Assembly (NCBI GenBank): GCA_964490075.1
Contig: CAZBBK010000029.1
Coordinates: 383-64,382, forward strand
Direction of reading: 5' to 3'
Origin: an uncultured Gemmatimonadota bacterium
GTDB taxonomy: Bacteria; GCA-2686955
DNA: 64,000 nucleotides
The notes under the pieces were generated by a model, which saw only the letters and a list, made by a program, of their open reading frames with translations, was not told the origin of the DNA and did no database searches. The position numbers and the translations under genes are program-made. Positions 37,998 to 47,014 of the stretch are shown piece after piece (the stretch's first letter is position 1; each line of letters opens with the position of its first letter).

Positions 37998-38442
37998 TTT
38001 CGGGATTCTGGCTGGTGAGGGTTCTGGCGCTGGCGTCGTACTCGTAGTCGAGACCCCAGGCGTCGGTGGTGATGGCTTCGATGTCGTCCTCCAGGTAGGG
38101 ACCGTTCCAGCCCAGCCCGGTGAAGCGGTCGAAGGCCGAAACGCCCTCGGGAGGATCGACCAGCGCCTCCAGGTCGGGCGGTGGTGCCCCCAGGTCGTTC
38201 TCGTAGCCGGTGCGCTCGGATTGCGAGTCGCCGACGATCGCCCCGATGATGATCTGCATCTCGCGGCGCGTGGCGCTCTCCTTGCCGCTGGAGATCACAT
38301 CGCCCAGGTGGGGCAGCGCGACGGCGGAGAGCAGCCCCAGCACCACGATGACCACCACGATCTCCACCACGGTGAATCCGCTGGTGGCGTGACGGGCCGC
38401 GGCCGGCTGGCTTCTGGTTCTCTGATCACGAGGTCGATGCAC
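37975..38442 (-). CDS. GspG-like pseudopilin
   Basis: It contains SG-FTVVEIVVVIVVLGLLSAVALP and GWNGPYLEDDIEAITTDAWGLDYEYD. A GTG start at 38442 leaves an 83-bp divergent promoter region with the GDPD gene. An alternative GTG lies at 38556. Confidence 0.6.
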   Translation of the reverse strand: MHRPRDQRTRSQPAAARHATSGFTVVEIVVVIVVLGLLSAVALPHLGDVISSGKESATRREMQIIIGAIVGDSQSERTGYENDLGAPPPDLEALVDPPEGVSAFDRFTGLGWNGPYLEDDIEAITTDAWGLDYEYDASARTLTSQNPENVIQMSF

Positions 38443-38525
38443 GCTGCGCTCTGTGACTGCATCCCCTGGTTTGATCGACACGTGGGGCGCCGCAAATTGA
38501 GAGAAGCTGCCAGAATCGGTTCCAC

Positions 38526-39284
38526 ATGCACCCCTTTCTCGACCATCCCCGACCACTGGCCTTCGCCCACCGGGGCGGTGCGCAGGAGGCGCCCGAGAAC
38601 ACCATGCGGGCCTTCGAGGCGGCCGTGCGCCTGGGCTACCGCTACGTCGAGACCGACCTCAGGCTCAGTGCCGACGGCGTGCCCATGGTCTTTCACGACG
38701 CAACGCTGGAGCGGGTGACCGACGGCGTCGGGCTGGTCGCGGAACGGACGCGGCGCGAGCTGCAGGGGGTGCGGGTGGCGGGCGGCGAGCCGATTCCGAC
38801 TCTGGAGGAGCTGCTCGGCACCTGGCCCGATCTGCGCGTCAACATCGACCCCAAGTGCGACGCCGTGCTGACGGTCCTGGCCGCCACGCTGCGCCGCACG
38901 CGTGCCCTCGATCGAGTCTGCGTCGCCTCCTTCTCCGAGCGCCGCATCCGGCGCGCGCGGCGCCTCATCGGTCCCGGCCTCTGCACTTCGCTGGGGCCTC
39001 TGGGCGTGGCGCGGCTGCGGCTCCTCGGCGGTGCGGCGGGGCGCGGGTCGGGCGCGGCCCCCTGCGCTCAGGTGCCGCCTCGCTGGCGCGGCATTCCCCT
39101 GGTCGACGCGCGGCTGCTGCGCGCCGCCCGGCGCGCGGACCTGCAAGTGCACGTCTGGACCGTCGATCGGCAGCGGGAGATGCACCGGCTGCTGGAGCTC
39201 GGGGTCGACGGCCTGATGAGCGATCGGCCCACCCTGCTGCGCGCGGTCTGCCTAGAGCGCGGCCTGTGGACCGGCGGCGCCTAA
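38526..39284 (+). CDS. Glycerophosphodiester phosphodiesterase (GDPD family)
   Basis: FAHRGG...ENTMRAF...YVETDLRLSADGVPMVFHD is the GDPD catalytic N-terminus. Confidence 0.75.
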   Translation: MHPFLDHPRPLAFAHRGGAQEAPENTMRAFEAAVRLGYRYVETDLRLSADGVPMVFHDATLERVTDGVGLVAERTRRELQGVRVAGGEPIPTLEELLGTWPDLRVNIDPKCDAVLTVLAATLRRTRALDRVCVASFSERRIRRARRLIGPGLCTSLGPLGVARLRLLGGAAGRGSGAAPCAQVPPRWRGIPLVDARLLRAARRADLQVHVWTVDRQREMHRLLELGVDGLMSDRPTLLRAVCLERGLWTGGA

Positions 39285-39421
39285 GTGGCCCACTCCGCGA
39301 GTACGGTGGCATTCGGCCGCCGCTGCATCCACGCTGGCTGCGTTGCTCCTCCTCGCCATAGCCTCCGGCTATGACTCGTCGTCGCGCCTTGCCAGCGCGG
39401 CGCAGCGGCGCCCTCGGTGCT

Positions 39422-40456
39422 TCACCGTATTTGTGGAGTGGGCCACTTTGAGCGATCGAAACGCCCCGGCAGATCGGTTCCGCAGCGCCGGCAGCGTCCC
39501 CCGCTCAGGCCGCCCGCATCGACCCGGTAACCCCGCCGCTCGACCAGCACGGCGCCGCAGCGAGGGCAGCTCGTCCGCTGCCCCTCCGGGTCGGCGATGT
39601 TGCCCGTATAGACGAAGCGCAGACCCTCTTCCAGGGCGATTTCGCGCGCGTTGCGCACCACTTGCGGAGGCGTGGCCGGGTTGCGCAGCTCGAAGGCCGG
39701 ATGGTAGGCGCTGAAATGCAGCGGAAGATCGGCATGGAGCTGGTCGCGGATCCAGGCGCAGAGGGCGTGCAGCTCGCGCTCCGAGTCGTTTTCGCCGGGG
39801 ATCAAGAGGGTCGTGATCTCGGTCCACACGCGGGTCTCGTGCACCAGGTAGCGCAGAGTGTCGAGCACCGGTTCCAGGTGGGCCCGGCAGAGCCGGCGGT
39901 AGAAGGACTCGGACAGCGACTTGAGATCGACGTTGGCGGCATCGATGGTCGCGAAGAGCTCTTCTCGGGCTCCTTCCTGGATGTAGCCGGCGGTCACCGC
40001 GACCGAGCTCAGCCCGACTTCGCGACAGGCCTGCGCGGTGTCGATGGCGTACTCGGCGAAGATCACCGGATCGTTGTAGGTGTAGGCGACCGAGCGGCAG
40101 CCCTGGCGCAGAGCCGCACGGGCGATCTCCCGCGGTGCGGCCGCCCGTCCCGCGCCGTCGACCGGCTCCGCCTTCGACAGATGCCAGTTCTGGCAGAACC
40201 GGCAGCCTAGATTGCAGCCGGCGGTGCCGAAGGAGAGCACGTTGCTCGCGGGGTGGAAGTGGTAGAGGGGCTTCTTCTCGATCGGGTCGACCGCGAGCCC
40301 CGAAGAGCGTCCGTAGGTCGAGAGCACGATCCCCCGCTCATCGGCCTCGCGCACAAAGCAGAAGCCGCGCTGTCCGGCCGCCAGGCGGCAGCAACGGGGG
40401 CAGAGATCGCAGACCCAGCGTGCCCCCCGGCGATGAAACCAGCGAGCGCGGCTCAC
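39422..40456 (-). CDS. AmmeMemoRadiSam-system radical SAM enzyme (AmrS-like)
   Basis: It has an N-terminal Cys cluster (CDLCPRCC...GFCFVRE) and the radical SAM motif GTAGCNLGCRFCQNW. The GTG start overlaps the upstream stop (GTGA). Confidence 0.7.
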   Translation of the reverse strand: MSRARWFHRRGARWVCDLCPRCCRLAAGQRGFCFVREADERGIVLSTYGRSSGLAVDPIEKKPLYHFHPASNVLSFGTAGCNLGCRFCQNWHLSKAEPVDGAGRAAAPREIARAALRQGCRSVAYTYNDPVIFAEYAIDTAQACREVGLSSVAVTAGYIQEGAREELFATIDAANVDLKSLSESFYRRLCRAHLEPVLDTLRYLVHETRVWTEITTLLIPGENDSERELHALCAWIRDQLHADLPLHFSAYHPAFELRNPATPPQVVRNAREIALEEGLRFVYTGNIADPEGQRTSCPRCGAVLVERRGYRVDAGGLSGGRCRRCGTDLPGRFDRSKWPTPQIR

Positions 40457-41688
40457 GGCTGGGTCGTCTTCTGAGCACGGAAGCGTTTCAACTCGAAGGG
40501 CTCCGAGGGATCGATCCCGGCCTTGCGCAGGGCGATGGCGATGGCCTGGTCGGCGCTCTCCACGAAGGGCAGGGCCGGCAGCAGCACCCCGCGGCGCTCG
40601 CCCGCCGAGACGATCACGCCGTCCACCCGGGGATCGAGCAGCGACCGATCCGCCACCGGCTCGATCTCTCCCAACGAGCTGACCTCGTAGCGCAAGCGCG
40701 GCAGCTCCTCCTCCTCGACCGCCTGGAAGCGCGGATCCCGGGTCGCCGAGCTGACCGCGACCTCCGCGACCTCTCGATAGAGCCACTCGCCGGCCGGTCG
40801 CAGTCGGCCGGAGCAGCCGCGCAGCTCGCCCCCCTTGCGAATCGTCACGAAGATGCCGCGCCCGGGCGGGCCGCGGTCCGGAATGCGGGTGCGATCGCCG
40901 CGCACGTGGCAGCCGACCGCGCAGCGGGCGATGGCGTAGAGTGCCGGCCGCGCGTCGTGGAGGATCGCCACGGTGTAGCCCACACCCCAGGGTCCTTCGT
41001 AGGAGAGCACCTCCGAGGCCAGCGGTCCGCCGGCCGCCACCATCGCCACCCGCGTGCTGTCGATCACGTCTTCCGCGGCCTCGGCGCGCGCGGGGGCCTC
41101 CAGGGCGCTGCGCCAGGCAGCGCGGCGCAACGCCCGCACGAAGGAGCGGTCGAACTCGGCGGCCCGCGGGTGGTAGCCGGCCGGCGCGTCCTCTCGCAGT
41201 CGGTGGCTCATGTCGCCGGAGGCGATCACCGCGGTGCGGCCCGGCAGCCTCGCTAGCGCTTCGCCCCACGCGTCGTCCTCGTCGAGGGGGTAGGGCGGCG
41301 CCAGCACCACCGTCGGTCCCTCCCAGTCCGCCCGCCGCAAGAAGAGCAGCGGAACGACCGCGCCGTGATCGAGCTCGCCGCGCGGCAGATGCCCTGGTGC
41401 GAGCGCACGCAGCGCCTCGGGGTCGGGGGGCAGCGAGAGCCGCGCCTCGGCATGACCGAAGCGCGCCAGATCGCCCGCGATCGGTCCCTGCCACCCCCCC
41501 CAGATCGACCGGTGGCGTGGAGAGTGCGGCGAGATCACCACCACGCGGTCGGGGGCGGCGGCGACACAGCGCTGCGCCACCTCATTCATGGATCGGGTCG
41601 TGGCGCCACAGCGGTGGGCCTCGGCCCCACCCACATCTGGCACCACGATCGGGGCGTGGCACATCAGGGCCGCGAACTCGACTCCCAC
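40453..41688 (-). CDS. Fusion protein with an N-terminal Memo/LigB-superfamily domain and a C-terminal AMMECR1 domain
   Basis: The N-terminal half reads VGVEFAALMCHAPIVVP...VVVISPHSP, which resembles the class III extradiol dioxygenase/Memo fold. The C-terminal half (ARCAVGCHVRGD...GIFVTIRKGGELRGCSG) is AMMECR1. The start is GTG. Confidence 0.6.
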   Translation of the reverse strand: MGVEFAALMCHAPIVVPDVGGAEAHRCGATTRSMNEVAQRCVAAAPDRVVVISPHSPRHRSIWGGWQGPIAGDLARFGHAEARLSLPPDPEALRALAPGHLPRGELDHGAVVPLLFLRRADWEGPTVVLAPPYPLDEDDAWGEALARLPGRTAVIASGDMSHRLREDAPAGYHPRAAEFDRSFVRALRRAAWRSALEAPARAEAAEDVIDSTRVAMVAAGGPLASEVLSYEGPWGVGYTVAILHDARPALYAIARCAVGCHVRGDRTRIPDRGPPGRGIFVTIRKGGELRGCSGRLRPAGEWLYREVAEVAVSSATRDPRFQAVEEEELPRLRYEVSSLGEIEPVADRSLLDPRVDGVIVSAGERRGVLLPALPFVESADQAIAIALRKAGIDPSEPFELKRFRAQKTTQP

Positions 41689-41778
41689 ACCCCGAATCTA
41701 CATCAGAGCCCGACTTGCCGCCATTACCATACCAAAGACCCAGGGAGAACCCTTCGGCGCACCACCCAGGAAGCCCAG

Positions 41779-43422
41779 ATGCCCATGATCCGACCGACAT
41801 TTACAGCGACCGCCCTTCTTGCGTTGGTCGCCCACAGCGCGGCCGCCGCCGGCCTCGGGGAGGGGCGTTCCTTCGCCGGCTTGCTGGCCTCTGGAGCCGG
41901 CCCCGGCGACCTGATGCACCTGCCCGGCGCCCCCCCGGCCGCCACGCTGACCTGGGACACCCTCTTCGTCGACCCGGCCTGCACGCCCCCCCAGCCGCCC
42001 TGCTACGGCACCATCCAGGAGGCGGTCGATCAGGCCCGGGCCGGTTCCGTCGCCGTGATCCGCGTGGCGCCGGCCCTCTACCAGGAGCGGATCCACGTCT
42101 ATCCCACGGCACCGGCCTTCTCGGCGCTCATCCTCGAGGCTCAGGATCCCGTCTCGCCGCCTCGGCTGCGGCTCACCCACGATCCCGCCCTGGTCAAGGA
42201 CGACGAGGGCGCGGCGGCGATCGAGATTCACAATCGACCTCAGGACGGAGCGACCTGCGCCGATCTGCGGGTCGCCATCTGGGGGTTTGACGTCGAGGTC
42301 GCCGGCGACGGCTACGGCAGCGCGATCTCGGTCTGGAGCACCCAGGACGATCCCGATCAGCAGTGGAACACCGCGCTCGACATAGCCGGCAATCGGATCC
42401 GTTGCGAGGCCGGCGGACCCGCACTGGTCATCGGTCTCCGGGCCTCGGAGCTCGAGGGACTGATCGATCAATCGCCGAAATGGGGCTGGGTACGCAACAA
42501 CATCATCAGCAGCACCGAGACTCAGGAAGGGGACGGCGTCGCCTCCTGGAAGTTCGTCGGCGCAATCGCCAACAACGAGATCGCCGCGGCCTCGGAGGGC
42601 TGGCATCTGGGATTCGCCCGCACCGATTCGCGACACGAATCGGGGCCGATCCCGGGCGACTTCCGGACCGCGACCGTGGAGCACAACTACTTCCACTGCA
42701 CCACCTGGAACGCCTTTCATTTCGCCCACGGCTCGGTTGGCCTCTTCCGCAACAACATCATGACCGAATCGCAGCAGGTGCTGCTTCCGAATCAGACCCT
42801 GTCGACCGGGCTCGGTTTTTTCGCCGGGCCGCCGCCCACCGACGAACCCGACTACCCGGTGATGGTCGACGTGCATAACAACGTCGCCTTCGCGAACGAC
42901 GGCAGCGGCTTCATGGTCCACGAAGACGCTCGGGTGCGCTTCGGCGGCAACTCCTCGGTCGGCAACGGCTGGGGGCTGGCCGATCCCAACGCCGGCTTCG
43001 GTTTCGAGCTGCGCACCACCGGCGGACCGGCCGACCATCTGCTCACCGACTTCAACCTGCTCTACCAGAATCGCGAGGACTACTCGCGGCCCAGCCTGGA
43101 GGCCCGCCACGACGTCAACGAGGGCGGCATCTGGCCCGATCCGGGGGGCGCGCCGCCGCGCTTCGTCGGCGATCTCGATCCCCGCGGCTACAGCTTCCAG
43201 CTGCGCACCGCGGCCGGACCCCACCCCTGCGGCTACGACGTTCCGGTCGAGTCGCCGGCCATCGATGCCGGGCCGCCGATGATCCCCGACGCCGCCGGTG
43301 CGGGTCTGGGCGGAGCGCGCAACGACGTCGGCGCCTACGGAGGCCCCGGCGCGATCTGGGATCCGGAGGGCTTCGATCCCTGCTGGCAGATCTGGATCGA
43401 CCCCGCGCTCTGCGAGCGCTGA
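41779..43422 (+). CDS. Secreted right-handed parallel beta-helix protein (paralogue of the 4936..6143 gene)
   Basis: It has a signal peptide (MPMIRPTFTATALLALVAHSAAAAG), NN/NG-rich rungs (RNNIMTE, HNNVAFANDGSG), and a tail SPAIDAGPP...DVGAYGGPG. An AGGAAG lies 7 nt before the ATG. Confidence 0.55.
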   Translation: MPMIRPTFTATALLALVAHSAAAAGLGEGRSFAGLLASGAGPGDLMHLPGAPPAATLTWDTLFVDPACTPPQPPCYGTIQEAVDQARAGSVAVIRVAPALYQERIHVYPTAPAFSALILEAQDPVSPPRLRLTHDPALVKDDEGAAAIEIHNRPQDGATCADLRVAIWGFDVEVAGDGYGSAISVWSTQDDPDQQWNTALDIAGNRIRCEAGGPALVIGLRASELEGLIDQSPKWGWVRNNIISSTETQEGDGVASWKFVGAIANNEIAAASEGWHLGFARTDSRHESGPIPGDFRTATVEHNYFHCTTWNAFHFAHGSVGLFRNNIMTESQQVLLPNQTLSTGLGFFAGPPPTDEPDYPVMVDVHNNVAFANDGSGFMVHEDARVRFGGNSSVGNGWGLADPNAGFGFELRTTGGPADHLLTDFNLLYQNREDYSRPSLEARHDVNEGGIWPDPGGAPPRFVGDLDPRGYSFQLRTAAGPHPCGYDVPVESPAIDAGPPMIPDAAGAGLGGARNDVGAYGGPGAIWDPEGFDPCWQIWIDPALCER

Positions 43423-43427
43423 TAGCC

Positions 43428-44630
43428 CTATACGTCGCTGGTCATGATGAAGAGCGGCTGGCGCACGAACGACTGGTAGGTCGGTCGCAGGCGATCGACG
43501 TTGTAGTACTTCTGCACGTCGATCCCCTTCTTGCGTCCCACCACCACGTCGACCGGCACGCTGTCGTAGACGCCGTTGCGCAGGCTCACCAGGCGCCCCG
43601 AGGTGTTCGAGAGCACCAGGTCCATCGCCAGGTTGCCGAAGGCCATCGGCACGATCGAGTCGAGCGCATCGGGATCGCCGCAGCGCACCAGGTAGCCCAG
43701 ACGCTGGTTGACGATGGCGATCTGCCTGCCCTTGTTGTACTTGGGCGAGAGCGCCTTGAGATGGGCCGCGACCTTGTCGCCGATGCCGCCCAGCTTGCGA
43801 TGGCCGTACTGGTCGGTCTCCTCGCCCTCGAATGACATCTCGCTCTCGCCGGCGATCGTCGCCCCCTCGGAGACCAGCACCACCGAGTAGGGGTTGTGGT
43901 GGCGCTTGCGGTCCTCGATCAAGAGCTCCGCCAGGCGCTCGATGTCGAAGGGATGCTCGGGGATCACGCAACGGTCGGCGGCGCCGGCCATGGTCGGGAG
44001 CAGGGCGGTGAAGCCGGCGTAGCGGCCGAACACCTCGATCACCAGGAAGCGCTCGTGCGAGCCCGCGGTGGTGCGCAAGCTATGGGTCAGCTCGATGGTG
44101 CGGCTGACACAGGTGCTGAAACCGATGCAGTAGTCGGTTCCCGGCACGTCGTTGTCCATGGTCTTGGGGACCGCGACGATCTTCACGCCATTGGCATGCA
44201 GGCGGTGGCCGTAGCTCAAGGTGTCGTCGCCGCCGATCGGGATCAGGAAGTCGACCCCCAGGAAATCCAGGCTCGCCAGCACCGCGTCGGTCACGTCGTT
44301 GATCTGTTCAGTGTAGCGCTCTTTCAAGTGCGGCGGCACGAGCTCCAGCGGCAGATGGCTGGGACGGGTGCGAGAGGTGTGCAGGAAGGTGCCGCCGGTG
44401 CGGCCGGCACGGTCCACCACCTCCTCGGTCAGCAGCCGCACGCAGTGCGAATTGTCTGCTTCCTGGTCCGGCACCAGGTCGACCAGCCCGGCCCAGCCGC
44501 GGCGGATGCCGAGCACCCGGTAGCCTTCGCGAAGCGCCCGGAGGGTGAGCGCGCGGATGGCGGGATTGAGCCCCGGCACATCGCCTCCACCGGTCAATAT
44601 GGCGATCGTGCCCTTGACTGCTGACATCAT
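43428..44630 (-). CDS. 6-phosphofructokinase, pyrophosphate-dependent type by signature residues
   Basis: GGDDT (in place of GGDGS) and PKTMDND (in place of PGTIDND) are the Gly-to-Asp and Gly-to-Lys substitutions diagnostic of PPi-PFKs. A GGAG lies 5 nt before the ATG. Confidence 0.8.
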   Translation of the reverse strand: MMSAVKGTIAILTGGGDVPGLNPAIRALTLRALREGYRVLGIRRGWAGLVDLVPDQEADNSHCVRLLTEEVVDRAGRTGGTFLHTSRTRPSHLPLELVPPHLKERYTEQINDVTDAVLASLDFLGVDFLIPIGGDDTLSYGHRLHANGVKIVAVPKTMDNDVPGTDYCIGFSTCVSRTIELTHSLRTTAGSHERFLVIEVFGRYAGFTALLPTMAGAADRCVIPEHPFDIERLAELLIEDRKRHHNPYSVVLVSEGATIAGESEMSFEGEETDQYGHRKLGGIGDKVAAHLKALSPKYNKGRQIAIVNQRLGYLVRCGDPDALDSIVPMAFGNLAMDLVLSNTSGRLVSLRNGVYDSVPVDVVVGRKKGIDVQKYYNVDRLRPTYQSFVRQPLFIMTSDV

Positions 44631-44777
44631 CGACTCCTGTCGTGCGTGCATCTGTGGCGCCCGCGCCGGCGCCATGGCGGAGGGGCAGATTAGCAGCAGC
44701 CGAGGTTGCTTGCACGAGGTCCTCCACAGGCGAACGATTCGCTAGACTGCCCGCCGACCCATCCCGGAGGATCGACC

Positions 44778-46097
44778 GTGCTGAACACCATCTCCCGAGT
44801 CCGGAATCGTCTCGATCCCGCGCGCAACTCGATCGACACCCTCGATGCCGAGGAGGCGGCGCGCCGGGTGGCCAGTGGCGACCCCGCGGCGGTGGCCGAG
44901 ATCGAGGGCTCGTTCGCGATCGTCGCCTGCGATCCGCCCTACGTGCGCATGGCGCGCACCCTCGATCGGCCGATGCGCTATTTCCTCGCCAAGGCCGCCG
45001 ACGGCCCCGAGCTGGTGGTGTCGGACCGGATCGACGACATCGCCGGCTGGCTGCGCACGCGCGGCATGGAGGAGCAGTTTCATCCGAGCTACACCCGCAT
45101 GGTGCCGGCCCACTACCTGCTCAGCTTGCACCTGGTCGGCTGTCCCGATCCCGAACCCAGCGTGGAGCGCTTCTTCAGCCCTCCGCGCGGCGTCCTGCCG
45201 GCCGATCTCGACCTCGTCGGAGAGCGCTACGTCGGCGCCCTGGCGACCGAGATCGAGAGCATGCTGCGCCCCATCCCCGCCGACGAGGCGATCGGCGTCG
45301 CCTTCTCCGGCGGCATCGACTCGGGCGCGGTCTTCCTCCTGGTGCACCACGCGATGCTGGCGCTCGGCATGAGCCCGGCCCGTCTCAAGGCCTTCACCCT
45401 GCACATGGAAGGCGGTCCCGATCTGGCCCAGGCGCGCGAATTCCTGGAGGCTCTCGATCTGGCCCTCTTCCTGGAGCCGATCGAAGTCTCCGCCGACACC
45501 CTCGACCGCGACCGGATCCTGCGTGTGGTCGAGGACTACAAGCCGCTCGATCTCGAAGCGGCCGCCATGAACCTCGCCCTGCTCACCGGGGTGCGCGCCC
45601 GCTACCCCGAATGGCGTTGGGTCTTCGACGGCGACGGCGGCGACGAGAACCTGAAGGACTATCCGATCGAGGCGAGCTCCGAGCTCACCATCCGCTCGGT
45701 GCTCGGCAACCCACTCCTCTACCAGGAGGGATGGGGGGTGGGCAGCATCAAACACAGCCTCACCTACTCGGGCGGGCAGAGCCGGGCCTGCACGCGCGGC
45801 TACGCACCCGCCGCGCGCACCGGCTTTCAGCTCCTCTCGCCCCATGCGCGCCGCCCGGTCGTCGCCGTGGCCGAGGCGATCCCCTTCGTCGAGCTCACCG
45901 ATTGGCGGGTTGATCGGCTCTACGCGCTCAAGGGCGAGATCGTGCGGCGCGGAATTCGCGCCATCACCGGTCGCGAGATGCCGGTGTTCCCGAAACGTCG
46001 CTTCCAGCACGGTGCTCTCGCCGAGACCCGCCTGCGGCGGATTCTGCCGCTCGACGAGGCCGAGTGCCGGCGCCGCTACCACACGCTCTGCGCGTGA
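44778..46097 (+). CDS. Asparagine-synthetase-like PP-loop ATP pyrophosphatase domain protein, lacking the glutaminase domain
   Basis: The PP-loop is IGVAFSGGIDSGAVFLLV. The ~200-aa N-terminal region was not recognised. A GGAGGA lies 7 nt before the GTG. Confidence 0.55.
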   Translation: MLNTISRVRNRLDPARNSIDTLDAEEAARRVASGDPAAVAEIEGSFAIVACDPPYVRMARTLDRPMRYFLAKAADGPELVVSDRIDDIAGWLRTRGMEEQFHPSYTRMVPAHYLLSLHLVGCPDPEPSVERFFSPPRGVLPADLDLVGERYVGALATEIESMLRPIPADEAIGVAFSGGIDSGAVFLLVHHAMLALGMSPARLKAFTLHMEGGPDLAQAREFLEALDLALFLEPIEVSADTLDRDRILRVVEDYKPLDLEAAAMNLALLTGVRARYPEWRWVFDGDGGDENLKDYPIEASSELTIRSVLGNPLLYQEGWGVGSIKHSLTYSGGQSRACTRGYAPAARTGFQLLSPHARRPVVAVAEAIPFVELTDWRVDRLYALKGEIVRRGIRAITGREMPVFPKRRFQHGALAETRLRRILPLDEAECRRRYHTLCA

Positions 46098-46963
46098 GCG
46101 ATCCGCGCCGGCCCCACGCCTTTCACATCGAGCAGGAGCCGCACGGCGCCGGCCTGGTCTCGATCGCAACACTTTTTCTGAAGGGTCGACGCTGCCCCTG
46201 GCGTTGCGTGATGTGCGATCTCTCGCGGCACGCACCCGCCACCCCGACGCCGCCGGGCGCCATCCCCGAGCAGATCGACCACGCGCTCGAGAACTTGTCT
46301 CCAGCCGTCTGGATCAAGCTCTACAACGCCGGGTCGTTCTTCGACCGAGCCGCCGTGCCGCCCGCCGACCACGGCGCGATCGCTCAGCGACTGCGCCCGT
46401 TCGAGCGGACCATCGTCGAATGCCATCCGAAGCTGGTCGGCGACGATCTGCTCCGCTTCCACGAGCGCCTCGACGGCGCCGAGCTCGAGGTGGCCGTCGG
46501 GCTCGAGACCGCCGATCCCGCCACCCTGGCGCGGCTCGACAAGGGCGCCGGCCTCGACGACTTCGCCCGCGCCGCGCGCCTCTTGCGGCGGGTAGGTGTC
46601 CTCCTGCGCGCCTTCGTTCTGATCCAGCCGCCCTTTCAGGCGCCCGGCGAGGCGCTGATGTGGGTTCGGCGCTCGGCCGACTTTGCCTTCCACCACGGCG
46701 CCGAGACCCTGGTGTTGATTCCGACCCGCCCGGACAGCGCCGAGCTGCGCCGCATGGTGGCCCGCGGCACCTTCCACCCACCCGACTTGACGACCGTCGA
46801 GGACAGCCTCGATCTGCTCCTGGAGCGGCCGCGCGGCCGGGTGCTGGTCGATCTGTGGGGATTCGACGAGCTCTACGCCGCCGCCCCGGGAATCACCGAG
46901 CGGCGCCGGCGTCTCGAAGGGATCAACCTCTCTCAACGAGTGACGGATCGGATCGGGACCTGA
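46094..46963 (+). CDS. Small radical SAM protein (CPWRCVMC cluster), translationally coupled to the PP-loop gene
   Basis: The GTG start overlaps the upstream stop (GTGA). KGRRCPWRCVMCDL is a CxxxCxxC motif. The size is ~289 aa. Confidence 0.5.
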   Translation: MSDPRRPHAFHIEQEPHGAGLVSIATLFLKGRRCPWRCVMCDLSRHAPATPTPPGAIPEQIDHALENLSPAVWIKLYNAGSFFDRAAVPPADHGAIAQRLRPFERTIVECHPKLVGDDLLRFHERLDGAELEVAVGLETADPATLARLDKGAGLDDFARAARLLRRVGVLLRAFVLIQPPFQAPGEALMWVRRSADFAFHHGAETLVLIPTRPDSAELRRMVARGTFHPPDLTTVEDSLDLLLERPRGRVLVDLWGFDELYAAAPGITERRRRLEGINLSQRVTDRIGT

Positions 46964-47014
46964 TCCACCTGGTTATCCTGGACGTATCGCCTCACTTTGC
47001 CCACAGAGGATCCG

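Noticed and set aside
40457-41494. N-terminal 346 aa of the 690-aa ORF 39422..41494 (-)
   Set aside because: It is an out-of-frame overlap of the AMMECR1-fusion gene. The radical SAM protein begins at the GTG at 40456, matching AmrS N-termini.
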